Shown: positions 38,816 to 48,679 of the stretch, in pieces
Position numbering within the stretch: the first letter of the stretch is position 1
Layout: each line of letters starts with the position of its first letter
Assembly: GCA_963791575.1 (NCBI GenBank)
Contig: CAWBSY010000008.1
Location: 75,972-139,971, forward strand
Reading direction: 5' to 3'
DNA length: 64,000 nt
Source of the DNA: Terriglobia bacterium
GTDB taxonomy: Bacteria > Acidobacteriota > Terriglobia > Terriglobales > Acidobacteriaceae
Notes under the pieces: model-generated
What the model saw: only the letters and a program-made list of their open reading frames with translations
The model's database searches: none
Told to the model about the DNA's origin: nothing
Translations under genes and position numbers: made by a program

Positions 38816-40438
38816 ATGCAGAGAACCGTTGGCTATTTGATTTTTACGCTCGCGTTGCTCTTCTCACTTTGTGGGGCGAGCGGAGCTGCCGACCAGAAAG
38901 GATTAAAGCCTGAATTTCATACGTCTGACAGATGTTTGGCCTGTCATAACGGTTTGACCACTCCAGCCGGCAAAGACGTTTCTATCGGCTTCGATTGGCG
39001 TTCCAGCATCATGGCCAACTCCGCGCGTGACCCGTATTGGCAGGCAAGTGTGCGGCGGGAAGACATCGATCATCCAGAAGCGCACGCGGAAATCGAAGAT
39101 GGATGCGCCGACTGCCACATGCCAATGGCTCGATATCAGGCAAAGCTGCAAGGCCACTTGGGAGAAGTATTTGCGCACTTACCCTTCGACAGCGATCCGG
39201 GGAAAAATGCTCCAGCCGAAGACGGGGTTTCCTGTTCCGTGTGCCATCAGATCGGAAAGGCAAAACTGGGCACGCGCGAGAGCTTCAACGGAGGGTTCGT
39301 GGTCGACGTCCCACAGTCGAAGGATAACCGCCCGGAGTATGGGCCCTACGACATTCAAAATGGTCAGGCTCACATCATGCAGAGCTCCACTGGGGGTTTT
39401 CGACCGACTGAGGCTGCTCCACATATTCGGGATTCTGCACTTTGCGCTACCTGCCATACTCTATACACGAAGTCTCTTGCTCCGGATGGAAAAGTGCTAG
39501 GATCCTTTCCGGAGCAGGTGCCGTACCTCGAATGGCAGCATAGCGATTACCCCCAAAAAAATAGTTGTCAGTCTTGCCACATGCCCCAAGTTGAAGGAAG
39601 CGCGCCTATCGCGGCCGTTCTAGGCCAACTCCGATCCGGCGTCCGGCAGCACACGTTTGTCGGCGCGAACTTCTTCATATTGAAAATGCTGAATCTTCAT
39701 CGGAATGACCTTAGCGTGACAGCGATGCCGCTGGAGTTGAATGCGGAAGCAGATAGGACCACAGAGTTCTTGCAGTCGCAAGCTGCAAGAGTCACGCTTC
39801 GTGACATTAATGTAATGTCGGGTCAACTTAAGGTGGGCATATTTGTAGAAAACCTGACCGGCCACAAGCTACCCACCGCATTTCCCTCGCGGCGAGCTTG
39901 GCTACATCTGGTGGTAACTGATCGTGATGGAAAGACAGTATTCGAATCCGGAGCTTTGAATCCGGATGGGTCGATTAAAGGCAATGACAACGATGCTGAT
40001 CCATCGCGCTTCGAACCGCACTACAAAGAAATCACGAGCGCGGATGAAGTCCAAATTTATGAACCTATTCTCCGGGATCAGGCTGGCCATGTGACGACTG
40101 GACTAGCCGCGGCAACTGGATACCTCAAGGACAATAGGCTCCTGCCCTCAGGCTTTCAGAAACAAACCGCGGAGAAGGATATTGCCGTCGTGGGGGATGC
40201 TGCCGACGATCCTAACTTCACTGACGCCGGAGACCTGGTGCAGTACTCCGTCCCGCTTGGAGATGCGCAAGGACCATTTCGTGTGGACGCCGAGCTTTGG
40301 TACCAACCAATCGGTTTTCGCTGGGCACACAATCTGAGTCCGTATCAAGCGATGGAGACTCGCCGCTTTATCAGCTACTACGACTCCATGCCGGGCGCCA
40401 GTGCAGTGGTGCTGGCTCGATCGACAGCAACGCGCTAA
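38816..40438 (+). CDS. secreted pentaheme c-type cytochrome with a heme-free C-terminal domain
   Basis: 540 aa with a signal peptide and five CxxCH motifs (CLACH, CADCH, CSVCH, CATCH, CQSCH) in the first about 255 aa. The C-terminal about 280 aa has no heme motif (ENLTGHKLPTAFPSRRAW..., ELWYQPIGFRWAHNL). Confidence 0.85.
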   Translation: MQRTVGYLIFTLALLFSLCGASGAADQKGLKPEFHTSDRCLACHNGLTTPAGKDVSIGFDWRSSIMANSARDPYWQASVRREDIDHPEAHAEIEDGCADCHMPMARYQAKLQGHLGEVFAHLPFDSDPGKNAPAEDGVSCSVCHQIGKAKLGTRESFNGGFVVDVPQSKDNRPEYGPYDIQNGQAHIMQSSTGGFRPTEAAPHIRDSALCATCHTLYTKSLAPDGKVLGSFPEQVPYLEWQHSDYPQKNSCQSCHMPQVEGSAPIAAVLGQLRSGVRQHTFVGANFFILKMLNLHRNDLSVTAMPLELNAEADRTTEFLQSQAARVTLRDINVMSGQLKVGIFVENLTGHKLPTAFPSRRAWLHLVVTDRDGKTVFESGALNPDGSIKGNDNDADPSRFEPHYKEITSADEVQIYEPILRDQAGHVTTGLAAATGYLKDNRLLPSGFQKQTAEKDIAVVGDAADDPNFTDAGDLVQYSVPLGDAQGPFRVDAELWYQPIGFRWAHNLSPYQAMETRRFISYYDSMPGASAVVLARSTATR

Positions 40439-40449
40439 GTAGTCAAATG

Positions 40450-43210
40450 TTATTTTGCCGGGAACGACGCGATGGACCAGGCGTTGGAATTCGTGATTAC
40501 TGGACCGAAGGCTAAATAGTGGCCGTCGGGGGAAGGTGCAAGTGAGAAGACATCCCAATGAGGTTTGAACAGCAGTTTTGATTTGCCCGTAAATTCCATG
40601 TGCACAATTCCGGTTCCGCGCGAAGAGTAGCTTGCTAGAAATAGACTCTTGCCATCTGCAGCCCACGCAACCGCGGCCAGCTCCGTCCATGGCATGGCGG
40701 ATAACTTTTGCGGACTTCCGCCGGCTAGGGGAACTATCTGGAGATCGGCTGCCTTGTAGCTGAAGAGGGAAACTGCAATCCCGCTTCCATCGGGAGATAG
40801 GTCCCAACTCGTACGCCCCGGAATGGTTGGAAGCTTAACCAGTTCCGCTTTGCGTCCCTGCACAGGATCGAAAGAAGAGAAGACAATCTGCGTGTCATCC
40901 GCTTCGGCTAGAACACAATTCGCACCTGCATGAAGCGGACAGCGAAAACTGGGAAATCCTCCCACAGTGTCCAATGGATTGCTGCTGGATGGATTCCCTG
41001 GCCTTCCTTTAATATCCATCACCACTTCCGAAGGACTACCGCCGAGTGGAACGCGCATCAGCTTTCCTGATCCAAGAGAAGTTCCTTCGGCAGCCTTGAG
41101 CCATTGCATATAGAGCAGCCATTTGCCGTCAGAACTGATCTGAGGTGCCCATTTTTCTTCCGAACTCGTGGCGAGTGATTGTGCATCACGCTCATTGACG
41201 CCCTGCTTGTAAATGTCGAAACTTCCGTTGCGATTGGAATAGAGGAACACTGTCTTACTGTCGCGTGACCATCCTCCGGGCCAATCGAGCCGCTCATCAA
41301 GCGTTAGGCGCTGCGGTGTCTTAAGCTCGTTTCCCTTGCTTGCGAGCTCGGCCACATACACTGCACTCTGGGCTTTTTGGTTAAGAAAAACAAAACGCTT
41401 CTCATCTAAGGTCAATTGGGGATAGTCAAACGAGAAACCAGTCCAGTCGGTAAGACGTCGTGGATCTCCTTTCGGCTTCCCAGTTTCTTCATCGAATCTG
41501 AGCTCCCAGAGATTCGCGTCGTACTGGCTTGGTGGCGCTTCATGGACGGAATAGACGAGGCGTCCATGTTGCCCCCAGCAAAAATCGTTAAATCGTGGAT
41601 TCGAAAGCAGAGAAATTGGGTTGTTTCCCTTGATATCGCGGCTCTCCAATACCGCAGTGACGTTGCCATTTTTGACCTGATATTTCAAGTAGGCAATGCG
41701 CTTGTCGTTAGGAAACCATGTCGGCTCAGCTACGTGATAACCGTCTTCCGGCTTAATTAAAAGCTTGGCGCCTGCGCCGGAGGAATCCATCAGCCAGATG
41801 TCCTCACTGACTGCATCACGATAAACGATCTGCAATCCATCGCGCGACAGGGACGCATCGAAAGCGTCGTCGCGCAATTTTTTCAGCGTAGCGCTGATGA
41901 CTGAGATTACCCAGATTGCCTGTTTTTCCTGCGCTACGGGGCCGCTTACCAAAAGTTTAGTCCCATCCTGGGACCATTCGATGCGCGCTCAACGAAAGCA
42001 GAACTCGTCGGGAATCGGAAGTGACTGGGTCTCTCCGGTTGCCGTCAGCCTGAGGTGTAGTCCGCCAAGATCAGCGTAGAGAAGATATTTGCCATCAGGA
42101 GAAATCGAACTAACCGCCACCGGATCTTCAGAAGAGTTGGCGGTGAGTTGCTGCGGCTTGAGATCGGTCTGCGAGTAAGGTTGCTGGTGTGTGAACCATC
42201 CTGCGAAAAAGCCTACGATCAACACAGCAACGACTGCGACTCCGGCGAGAGCGCCTATCAGCACGGGCCATTTACGCGACTCGGATTCCCGAACTGCCGG
42301 CGGAATCGTTCCTGAAACAGCAGCGATCTTGGAAGACTGTGTGTCCCGCTTTAGGCGCTGCAAATCCGCACGCAGATCCGAAGCATGCTGATAACGCAAA
42401 CTACGGATCTTTCTCCAGACATTTGTTGATCACGGCCTCGAGTTGAGTCGGCAGCTCGGGATTGAATCGGACCGGTGAAGCTGGAGGCTTATTAAGGATC
42501 GCATCGAAAATAATTGCCGATGTATTGCCGATGAATGGCTGCTTTCCGGTTGCCATCTCGTAGAGTACGGCGCCGAAGGAAAATAGATCAGTACGCGCGT
42601 CGAGCTCTTCGCCGCGGGCTTGCTCCGGCGACATGTATGCGACCGTTCCCACCGTGCTGCCGGGGCTGGTGAGATCAGCTGGATTCACAGCCATGGTAGG
42701 CAACGATCCTGCCGCGGTCTGCAAATGCGGCGATGATTCTGTCGCAACTTTGGCTAGTCCGAAATCGAGGATCTTAGCTTGGCCGCGCTTAGTGAGGAAC
42801 AGGTTCGCCGGTTTCAGGTCGCGATGGACAATGCCGGCCGCGTGCGCAACGTCGAGCGCGTCCGCAACCTGAGCCGCGAAATCTATGATTTGATCAACTG
42901 AGAGAGGCTTTCCCTCGATGCGGTACTTCAACGTCGTTCCTTCGAGACATTCCATGACAATGAAGAGACGATTTTCATGCTCACCAATGTCATAGATCGT
43001 GCAAATATTCGGATGGTTCAGAGCCGACGCCGCACGCGCTTCTCGCTGAAAGCGCTCCCGTGCCTGGGGGTTTTGCGCGAGTTCCTCGGGAAGGAACTTT
43101 AGCGCTACACGTCGACCGAGGCGCTGATCTTCCGCCTCGTACACCACACCCATTCCGCCACCGCCGAGCTTCGCGACGATACGATAATGGGAGATTGTTT
43201 GATCAAGCAT
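40450..43210 (-). pseudogene. Ser/Thr protein kinase - TM - TolB-like beta-propeller fusion, one frame break plus one in-frame TGA
   Basis: Kinase ORF 42401-43210 ([28 protein letters not shown]). The switch is near 42404-42407 (CLEKD|[21 protein letters not shown]). The TM segment is in ORF 41989-42399. The TGA at 41989-41991 is in the same frame as the propeller ORF 40450-41952 (...DEFCFR*ARIEWSQDGTKLLVSGP...). Confidence 0.85.
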
Positions 43211-43287
43211 GTGGCGGCAATGTTAGTACCTGGACGGGAGCAGGTCAATCCTGAGCTTTGGGCTGATTGGAAACAAACGCGGCGGGA

Positions 43288-44124
43288 TTACCTGTTAAGC
43301 GAACGAGCGGGCTGTTGTTCTTTTTCCGACAGAGGCGATTTGCTGGCCACTGTACGAGGCTTGGATCGAGTGGCTCTTGCCTTTGCTGCAGCTGCTTTTC
43401 TTTCCGCTAGCTTCTTTCGATTGAAGTCTTTGATGATGCGCGCGATATAGGCTTGCGTCTCGTAATAAGGAGGAACGCCATGGTAATGATCCACGCGCAT
43501 CGGCCCCGCGTTGTAGGCCGCGAGTGCTTTAACCACGTCGTAGTTGTAGCGCTCCAGCAACTCGCGCAAGTAGCGAGTGCCTCCCTCGACGTTCGCTCCC
43601 GGATCGAATGCGTTCGTTACGCCGAGCGCTGAGGCCGTGTTCGGCATGAGCTGCATGAGTCCCTGCGCCCCTTTTGGCGAACGCGCGTGAGAGTTGAATC
43701 CGCTTTCAGCATGAATCACGCTATTGATGAAGTCGGGATCAATATGATGCCGATCCCCTGCACTATTGACCAAGTCGTCGACTTGTTGAGGCTTCAGCAA
43801 CGGTGGCAACTTCTGCTGAACAGCAATAGGAACGTTCTGCGACTTTCCTGCAATAAGCTTTGGTGCGGCAGCGGGAGCGGTTACCGGCGTCTGGTCTTTT
43901 TCGAAACTTTGAATCTCGTTCGTCGGAATATCGACATAGCTGCTGGAATCTGTTCCCAGGTATAAACGAGTGGCGGTACCCACAATCTCGCGGTGCTCGT
44001 GGCGAATCGTATAGCCATTTGTGAGGACGGCTAGATCGGCGGCGAAGCCCGGAAATGGCGGACAAGCGCGATTCCGAAAAACAATCCGAGTTTGGTGGAA
44101 AATTTCATTTCGCGAAAAAGACAA
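43288..44124 (-). CDS. lytic transglycosylase (SLT domain); N-terminus probably frame-shifted
   Basis: The SLT catalytic region is IHAESGFNSHARSPKGAQGLMQLMP...AYNAGP. A signal-peptide-like start, MKFSTKLGLFFGIALV (ATG top at 44108), is in a different frame from the body and closes at 44032. Confidence 0.8.
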   Translation of the reverse strand: MSFSRNEIFHQTRIVFRNRACPPFPGFAADLAVLTNGYTIRHEHREIVGTATRLYLGTDSSSYVDIPTNEIQSFEKDQTPVTAPAAAPKLIAGKSQNVPIAVQQKLPPLLKPQQVDDLVNSAGDRHHIDPDFINSVIHAESGFNSHARSPKGAQGLMQLMPNTASALGVTNAFDPGANVEGGTRYLRELLERYNYDVVKALAAYNAGPMRVDHYHGVPPYYETQAYIARIIKDFNRKKLAERKAAAAKARATRSKPRTVASKSPLSEKEQQPARSLNR

Positions 44125-44176
44125 CCGAAGGCGGCTATCCTACGTAATTTTTGCGGACGGGCGAGGACGCCCGTCG

Positions 44177-45044
44177 CTACATTGCCTCAATCGTCGCGCT
44201 TACCGGACTTCCCAGCACCTGCTCGATAGCGGCAGCTACTCCGTTTTCGTCATTGTTCAGAGTCACTGCCCAGCCACGAGCCCTTAATTCCTGAGATGCA
44301 TTTCCCATGATAAATGGCTTACCGGCGTACGCAAGCATTTCCACGTCGTTGTAGTTGTCACCAATGGCCATGATCTCTTCGCGGCGCAATTCCCCTGTAT
44401 TCAGCCCATCGCTTCAGCGCGTGGCCCTTGGAGCACCCCTGATTTAGGACATCCACAATCGACAGATCGCGCAATGGGTATTCGGTTCTGACCACCGTGA
44501 TGTCATTCCCCAATCCGCAAGTATCAAGGCCTGCCAGCGCCTGCTGCATACGCGGGATCGAGCCGCAGAACATCGCTTGCACCGGATCGGTTGTCAATGA
44601 ATCTTCAATCGGAATTACAAAATCGATAAATTGCAGATTCTTTTCCAGCCAGCGCTGAATCACATTGTTCAACTCGCGCATGTGTTCAAGAACAATGGCA
44701 CCCTTAACTTCTTTGTCGAAGGTCAGGACGGTATTGCCGCGGAATTCCTGCATTGCAGTGCAAAGCTTTACGCAAGTTTCCGCCGGAAGCATGTCGCGAT
44801 GAAAAGTCTGACCGGATAGCGATCGAGTAATGGCGCCATTTGAGCTGATAATCCAGAGATCAAAGCCCAGAAGTTTTGCAATTGGAAGAGCGAAGGTGTG
44901 GCGCCGCCCCGTGACCAGCACGACTTCAACTCCCTCTTCGTGCGCTCGACGAATCGCCGCCAGATCGGCGTCAGAGATGCGAAATTCAGAGTTCAGCAGG
45001 GTGCCGTCGATATCGGTGGCTAACAGGCGAATAGGAGCTTTCAC
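44177..45044 (-). pseudogene. Cof-type HAD-IIB phosphatase, one frame break
   Basis: ORF 44358-45044 (LLATDIDGTLLN, VLVTGRR) and ORF 44177-44389 (IMAIGDNYNDVEML). The switch is at about 44390-44410. Confidence 0.85.
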
Positions 45045-45155
45045 TAAGAGATTTTAACATCTGCTCTGAGCCACTCGCGTTACGTAACGCGGGACTCCTC
45101 GCTTCTTGCGACCCGCGTGTTATAGTGCGCATCGTATCCTCTAATTACTGACCGC

Positions 45156-45908
45156 ATGGGATCGTTTACATTCCTATTTTTTCCCTGGGGCTTGATCCTG
45201 CAGGCATTGGCGATTTTTCACTTCATTCGCCGACGCCCCGATGGCTATTGGCTGTGGATCATAATCTTCTTCGGACCCTTGGGCGCTCTGATCTACTTTG
45301 CCGTGGAAGTTATCCCAGATGCCGGGCTGCTGCGGCAGGAGTTCAAAGTCTTTCCGCGTCGCCGGCGAATCCGAGAACTGGAATCCGCCATTCTGGATAA
45401 TCCTTCAGCGGGGAACTACGAGGAGCTGGCGGACTTGTATCTGGAGGAAGGGAAGTACGCTCGCGCGCGACAGGCGTTCGACAAGGCAATTTCTTCGCGT
45501 ACCGATTCAATCGATCCCTTTTACCGGCGTGGAATTGCGGAAATCCGCATGGACGATTTTGCGGCAGCAGTACCGGATTTAGAGCGAGTAGTGGCTGCCG
45601 AACCCACATACGATTTTCACGGAGCCATGGGTTTACTGGCGCACGCCTTCGCGAACACGGGCCAACCGGACAAAGCCGAAGCGCTGTTCAAGGAAGCGAC
45701 AAAGATCTCAACTTCTTCAGAGACCTACTACAACTATGCGCTCCTATTGGCTGCGCAGAAGCGGGATGCCGAAGCGCGGGAGTGGGCGAAAAAGCTCCTG
45801 GCAAAGAAGCAGAATATGCCGGGATATCTGAAGCGAAGAGAGAGACCGTGGTTCAGGAAGGCGAATGGGTTGCTGAGAGGCTTGCCTAGCGTAAGTCAGT
45901 TGTTCTGA
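45156..45908 (+). CDS. membrane-anchored tetratricopeptide-repeat protein
   Basis: 250 aa. Two N-terminal TM helices (PLD_N-like, WLWIIIFFGPLGALIYF) are followed by TPR-like repeats (YEELADLYLEEGKYARARQAFDKAI...). Confidence 0.7.
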   Translation: MGSFTFLFFPWGLILQALAIFHFIRRRPDGYWLWIIIFFGPLGALIYFAVEVIPDAGLLRQEFKVFPRRRRIRELESAILDNPSAGNYEELADLYLEEGKYARARQAFDKAISSRTDSIDPFYRRGIAEIRMDDFAAAVPDLERVVAAEPTYDFHGAMGLLAHAFANTGQPDKAEALFKEATKISTSSETYYNYALLLAAQKRDAEAREWAKKLLAKKQNMPGYLKRRERPWFRKANGLLRGLPSVSQLF

Positions 45909-46073
45909 ATCGAGCGATAATCGCAACAATTCTTCGTCTGTTTTGCTTTCGTATTCTTCGGCGAGCGCTTGCATTTCCATCGAGCGGAATGTTAGTTCAG
46001 CTCAGGACGAAGAACAATGAGAAAATGGCTTATTGGTTGCCGTTGACTTCCCCGGTGCTAAACTTTTCTCTCC

Positions 46074-47221
46074 ATGGCTTCTATCGCTTACCTTGAATGC
46101 ACCAAATGTGGTGCACACCTTTCTGCCGATGTTCCCCAAACAGTTTGTCCGAAAGACGGCGGCATTCTTTATGCTCGCTATGATCTTGCATCCTTAAAGC
46201 AAAGCTTTAAGCCCGTCTCGCTGCTAGGACGGCCCGCGACGATGTGGCGTTATGCCGAAGTTCTCCCCGACGCTGCCCCTGTTTCGCTGGGCGAAGGGTT
46301 CACTCCCATGCTTCCCAGCCGAGAATTCCCAACGTTTACATCAAGGATGAAGGCCTCAATCCCACTGGTTCATTCAAGGCTCGCGGCATGTCCGCTGCTG
46401 TCACTATGGCCAAGGCTTACGGATTGAAGAAGCTCGCCGCTCCATCGGCTGGGAATGCCGCCAGCGCACTCGCTGCCTATGCAGCTGCGGCGGGCATCGA
46501 AGCGCATATTTTTATGCCGAAGGACGTTCCCTTGGCAAATCGTATCGAGTGCCAGAGCTACGGCGCTTACGTGACATTAGTCGACGGTCTGATCAGCGAC
46601 TGCGCCCGGATGGTGGGCGAGCAGAAAGAAAGAGAAGGCTGGTTTGATGTTTCCACGTTGAAAGAACCGTTCCGCGTGGAAGGCAAAAAGACCATGGGAT
46701 ACGAAGTGGCCGAGCAACTGGGATGGCATCTGCCGCAGGGGATTATTTATCCGACGGGCGGCGGTGTTGGATTGTTAGGGATGTGGAAAGCGTTCGAAGA
46801 GATGGAAGAGTTGGGATGGATCGGCAGCGAGCGTCCGAAAATGGTATGCGTACAATCAATGGGTTGTGCCCCTATAGTTAAAGCGTGGGACGAAGGCAAA
46901 AACATAGCGGAATTCTGGAATAACGCATCAACTTTGGCTGCAGGATTGAGAGTTCCCAAACCCTACGGCGATTATTTAATTCTGGACATTTTAAAAAAGA
47001 GCGAAGGCATTGCAATCTCCGTGACTGACGATGAAATCATGGAGGCGTTTCGGCAATGGGCGCGTGTCGAAGGAATATTTGCTGCTCCAGAAGGCGCTGC
47101 ATCCTCAGCAGCCTATAAAAAATTACGAGCCAGCGGATTCTTCTCTTCCGACGACAAAGTTGTGCTCTTCAATACGGGATCTGGACTCAAGTACCTGGAT
47201 GTGATTGACAGGACAGAATAA
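46074..47221 (+). pseudogene. thrC: threonine synthase, one frame break
   Basis: ORF 46074-46427 (zinc-ribbon-like CTKCG...CPKDGG N-terminus, GEGFTPMLPS) and ORF 46244-47221 (PNVYIKDEGLNPTGSFKARG with the PLP lysine, ...PSAGNAA...). The switch is at about 46315-46332. Confidence 0.9.
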
Positions 47222-47286
47222 AAAAACGAAAGCCGCCGCATCGCGACAGATCGGCGGAATTATTGGGCCGTATTAAAAAGAAGCAT

Positions 47287-48608
47287 TCAGCACGCAGCAA
47301 CTAGCTTAATAGCGAGAACTGTATGTGCGTCTCGCGTATGAACATGCTCCGGGCGAAATCCCAATCCAATCATCCGTGCGGGGATGCGTCGTAACACGGG
47401 AAATTTCTGGAAAAGCTTCAAAGGAAGCGGAGGCTTCGCGAAACCAACTTTGTTGTTCAGGGCACGACTAATAAAATGTTTGTGTATAAAAACCTGTACT
47501 GCCTTGGGTCATCCGCGTTGGAAGTTCGCGACGCTGCTGAACTTTGCGCAATAGTTCGTCATTGATTGTTACCATGCAATAGTGGCTCGGCGAGAAAGTT
47601 TGAGGCGGCTACCGCGTCCTGAATGGCAAGGTTAATGCCAACGCCGCCAACCGGAGACATTGCATGCGCGGCATCTCCAATGCATAAAAGCCCCGCCCTC
47701 GACCACTGGCGCAAATGATCGACGGCTACCGACAATAGCTTGATGTCATTCCAATCTTTTAATTCGCCAACACGTTCGCGCAAGAAAGGCACGATACTGG
47801 CGATCTCTTCGCGCAATGCCGGCAGGCCCCTTTGTCGAATCTCCTCGATACCGCCTTTTCGGATTACGATGGCGCACTGCCAATAATCACCGCGATCAAT
47901 TGTGATCAGGATCTTTCCTGCTTTAAAACGGCCTAAAGCTTGATTAGGTTCGCTGGGTTGCCGCGAAATTCGCATCCATAGTACGTCGATCGGTGCTCCA
48001 CGATCGATCACTTCCAAGCCAGCCTTTTCCCGAACAATGGAATGGCGTCCATCGGCTCCCACCGTCAAGTCTGCGCGCAGCTCCATTAGTCCCTGTGGCG
48101 TTTTTGCACGCACACCTGCTATTCGATTGTTTTCTAGGATTAATTCTGTGACTTCAGATTCCATGTACAAATGAAATTCTGGATAAAGTTTTGCTTTCTC
48201 GGCAATAAAGTTCAGGAAATCCCACTGCGGCATCAGCGCAATGAATTTGCAGTGAGTCGGAAGATGCGAGAAGTCGGCAAAGGGAACGGTGAACTCTGCA
48301 ATTTGCGCTCCGATCCGAGGGAGCTTTTGATGTGGCCGGAGCAGAAATTCGTCCAAAATTCCCAGTTCGTACATGATTTCGAGTGTAGAGGGATGAATCG
48401 TGTCACCACGAAAGTCACGCAAAAAATCTGCATGTTTTTCGAGGACTATGACCTCGACTCCTGCCCGAGCCAGAAGAAAGCCCAGCACCATCCCCGCTGG
48501 ACCTCCGCCTACAATGCAGCAGCGGACTTGTACAGTTTGAGAAACGGATTTTTCTCGTGCGGGTTCCAAGAGTCCTCCGGTCGGCGCATAGTCGAAATTG
48601 GCGAACAT
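47287..48608 (-). pseudogene. FAD-dependent monooxygenase (UbiH/PRK06185-like), two frame breaks in the C-terminal part
   Basis: CCIVGGGPAGMVLGFLLARAGVEVIVLEKH, DGRHS and GDAAHAMSPVGGVGINLAIQD. After ...LLHGN the conserved tail continues in two other frames (INDELLRKVQQRRELPTRMTQ, then VQVFIHKHF...RRIPARMIGLGFRPEHV) to the stop at 47287-47289. The probable start is ATG at 48608; the ORF is open to 48815. Confidence 0.75.
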
Positions 48609-48679
48609 GGCAAATGCTACACCATTCGAGTAATTAGCTCGACGAAAGGCGGGAGGTGAACTTGGAGCGCCCTGTGGGT

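Noticed and set aside
40148-40807. 219-aa minus-strand ORF spanning the pentaheme gene end and the kinase gene end
   Set aside because: It overlaps two well-supported genes in wrong frames, and its composition is Arg/Ser/Cys-rich.
41989-41991. In-frame TGA as selenocysteine or a reassigned codon
   Set aside because: This is a single occurrence with no Sec-utilising protein context. The glutathione peroxidase in the window uses a Cys codon, and TGA terminates many other well-delimited genes here.
47232-47257. Hairpin GCCGCCG...CGGCGG after thrC as an intrinsic terminator
   Set aside because: It has a 13-nt loop and no T-run following it on the plus strand, so it is too weak to report as a feature.
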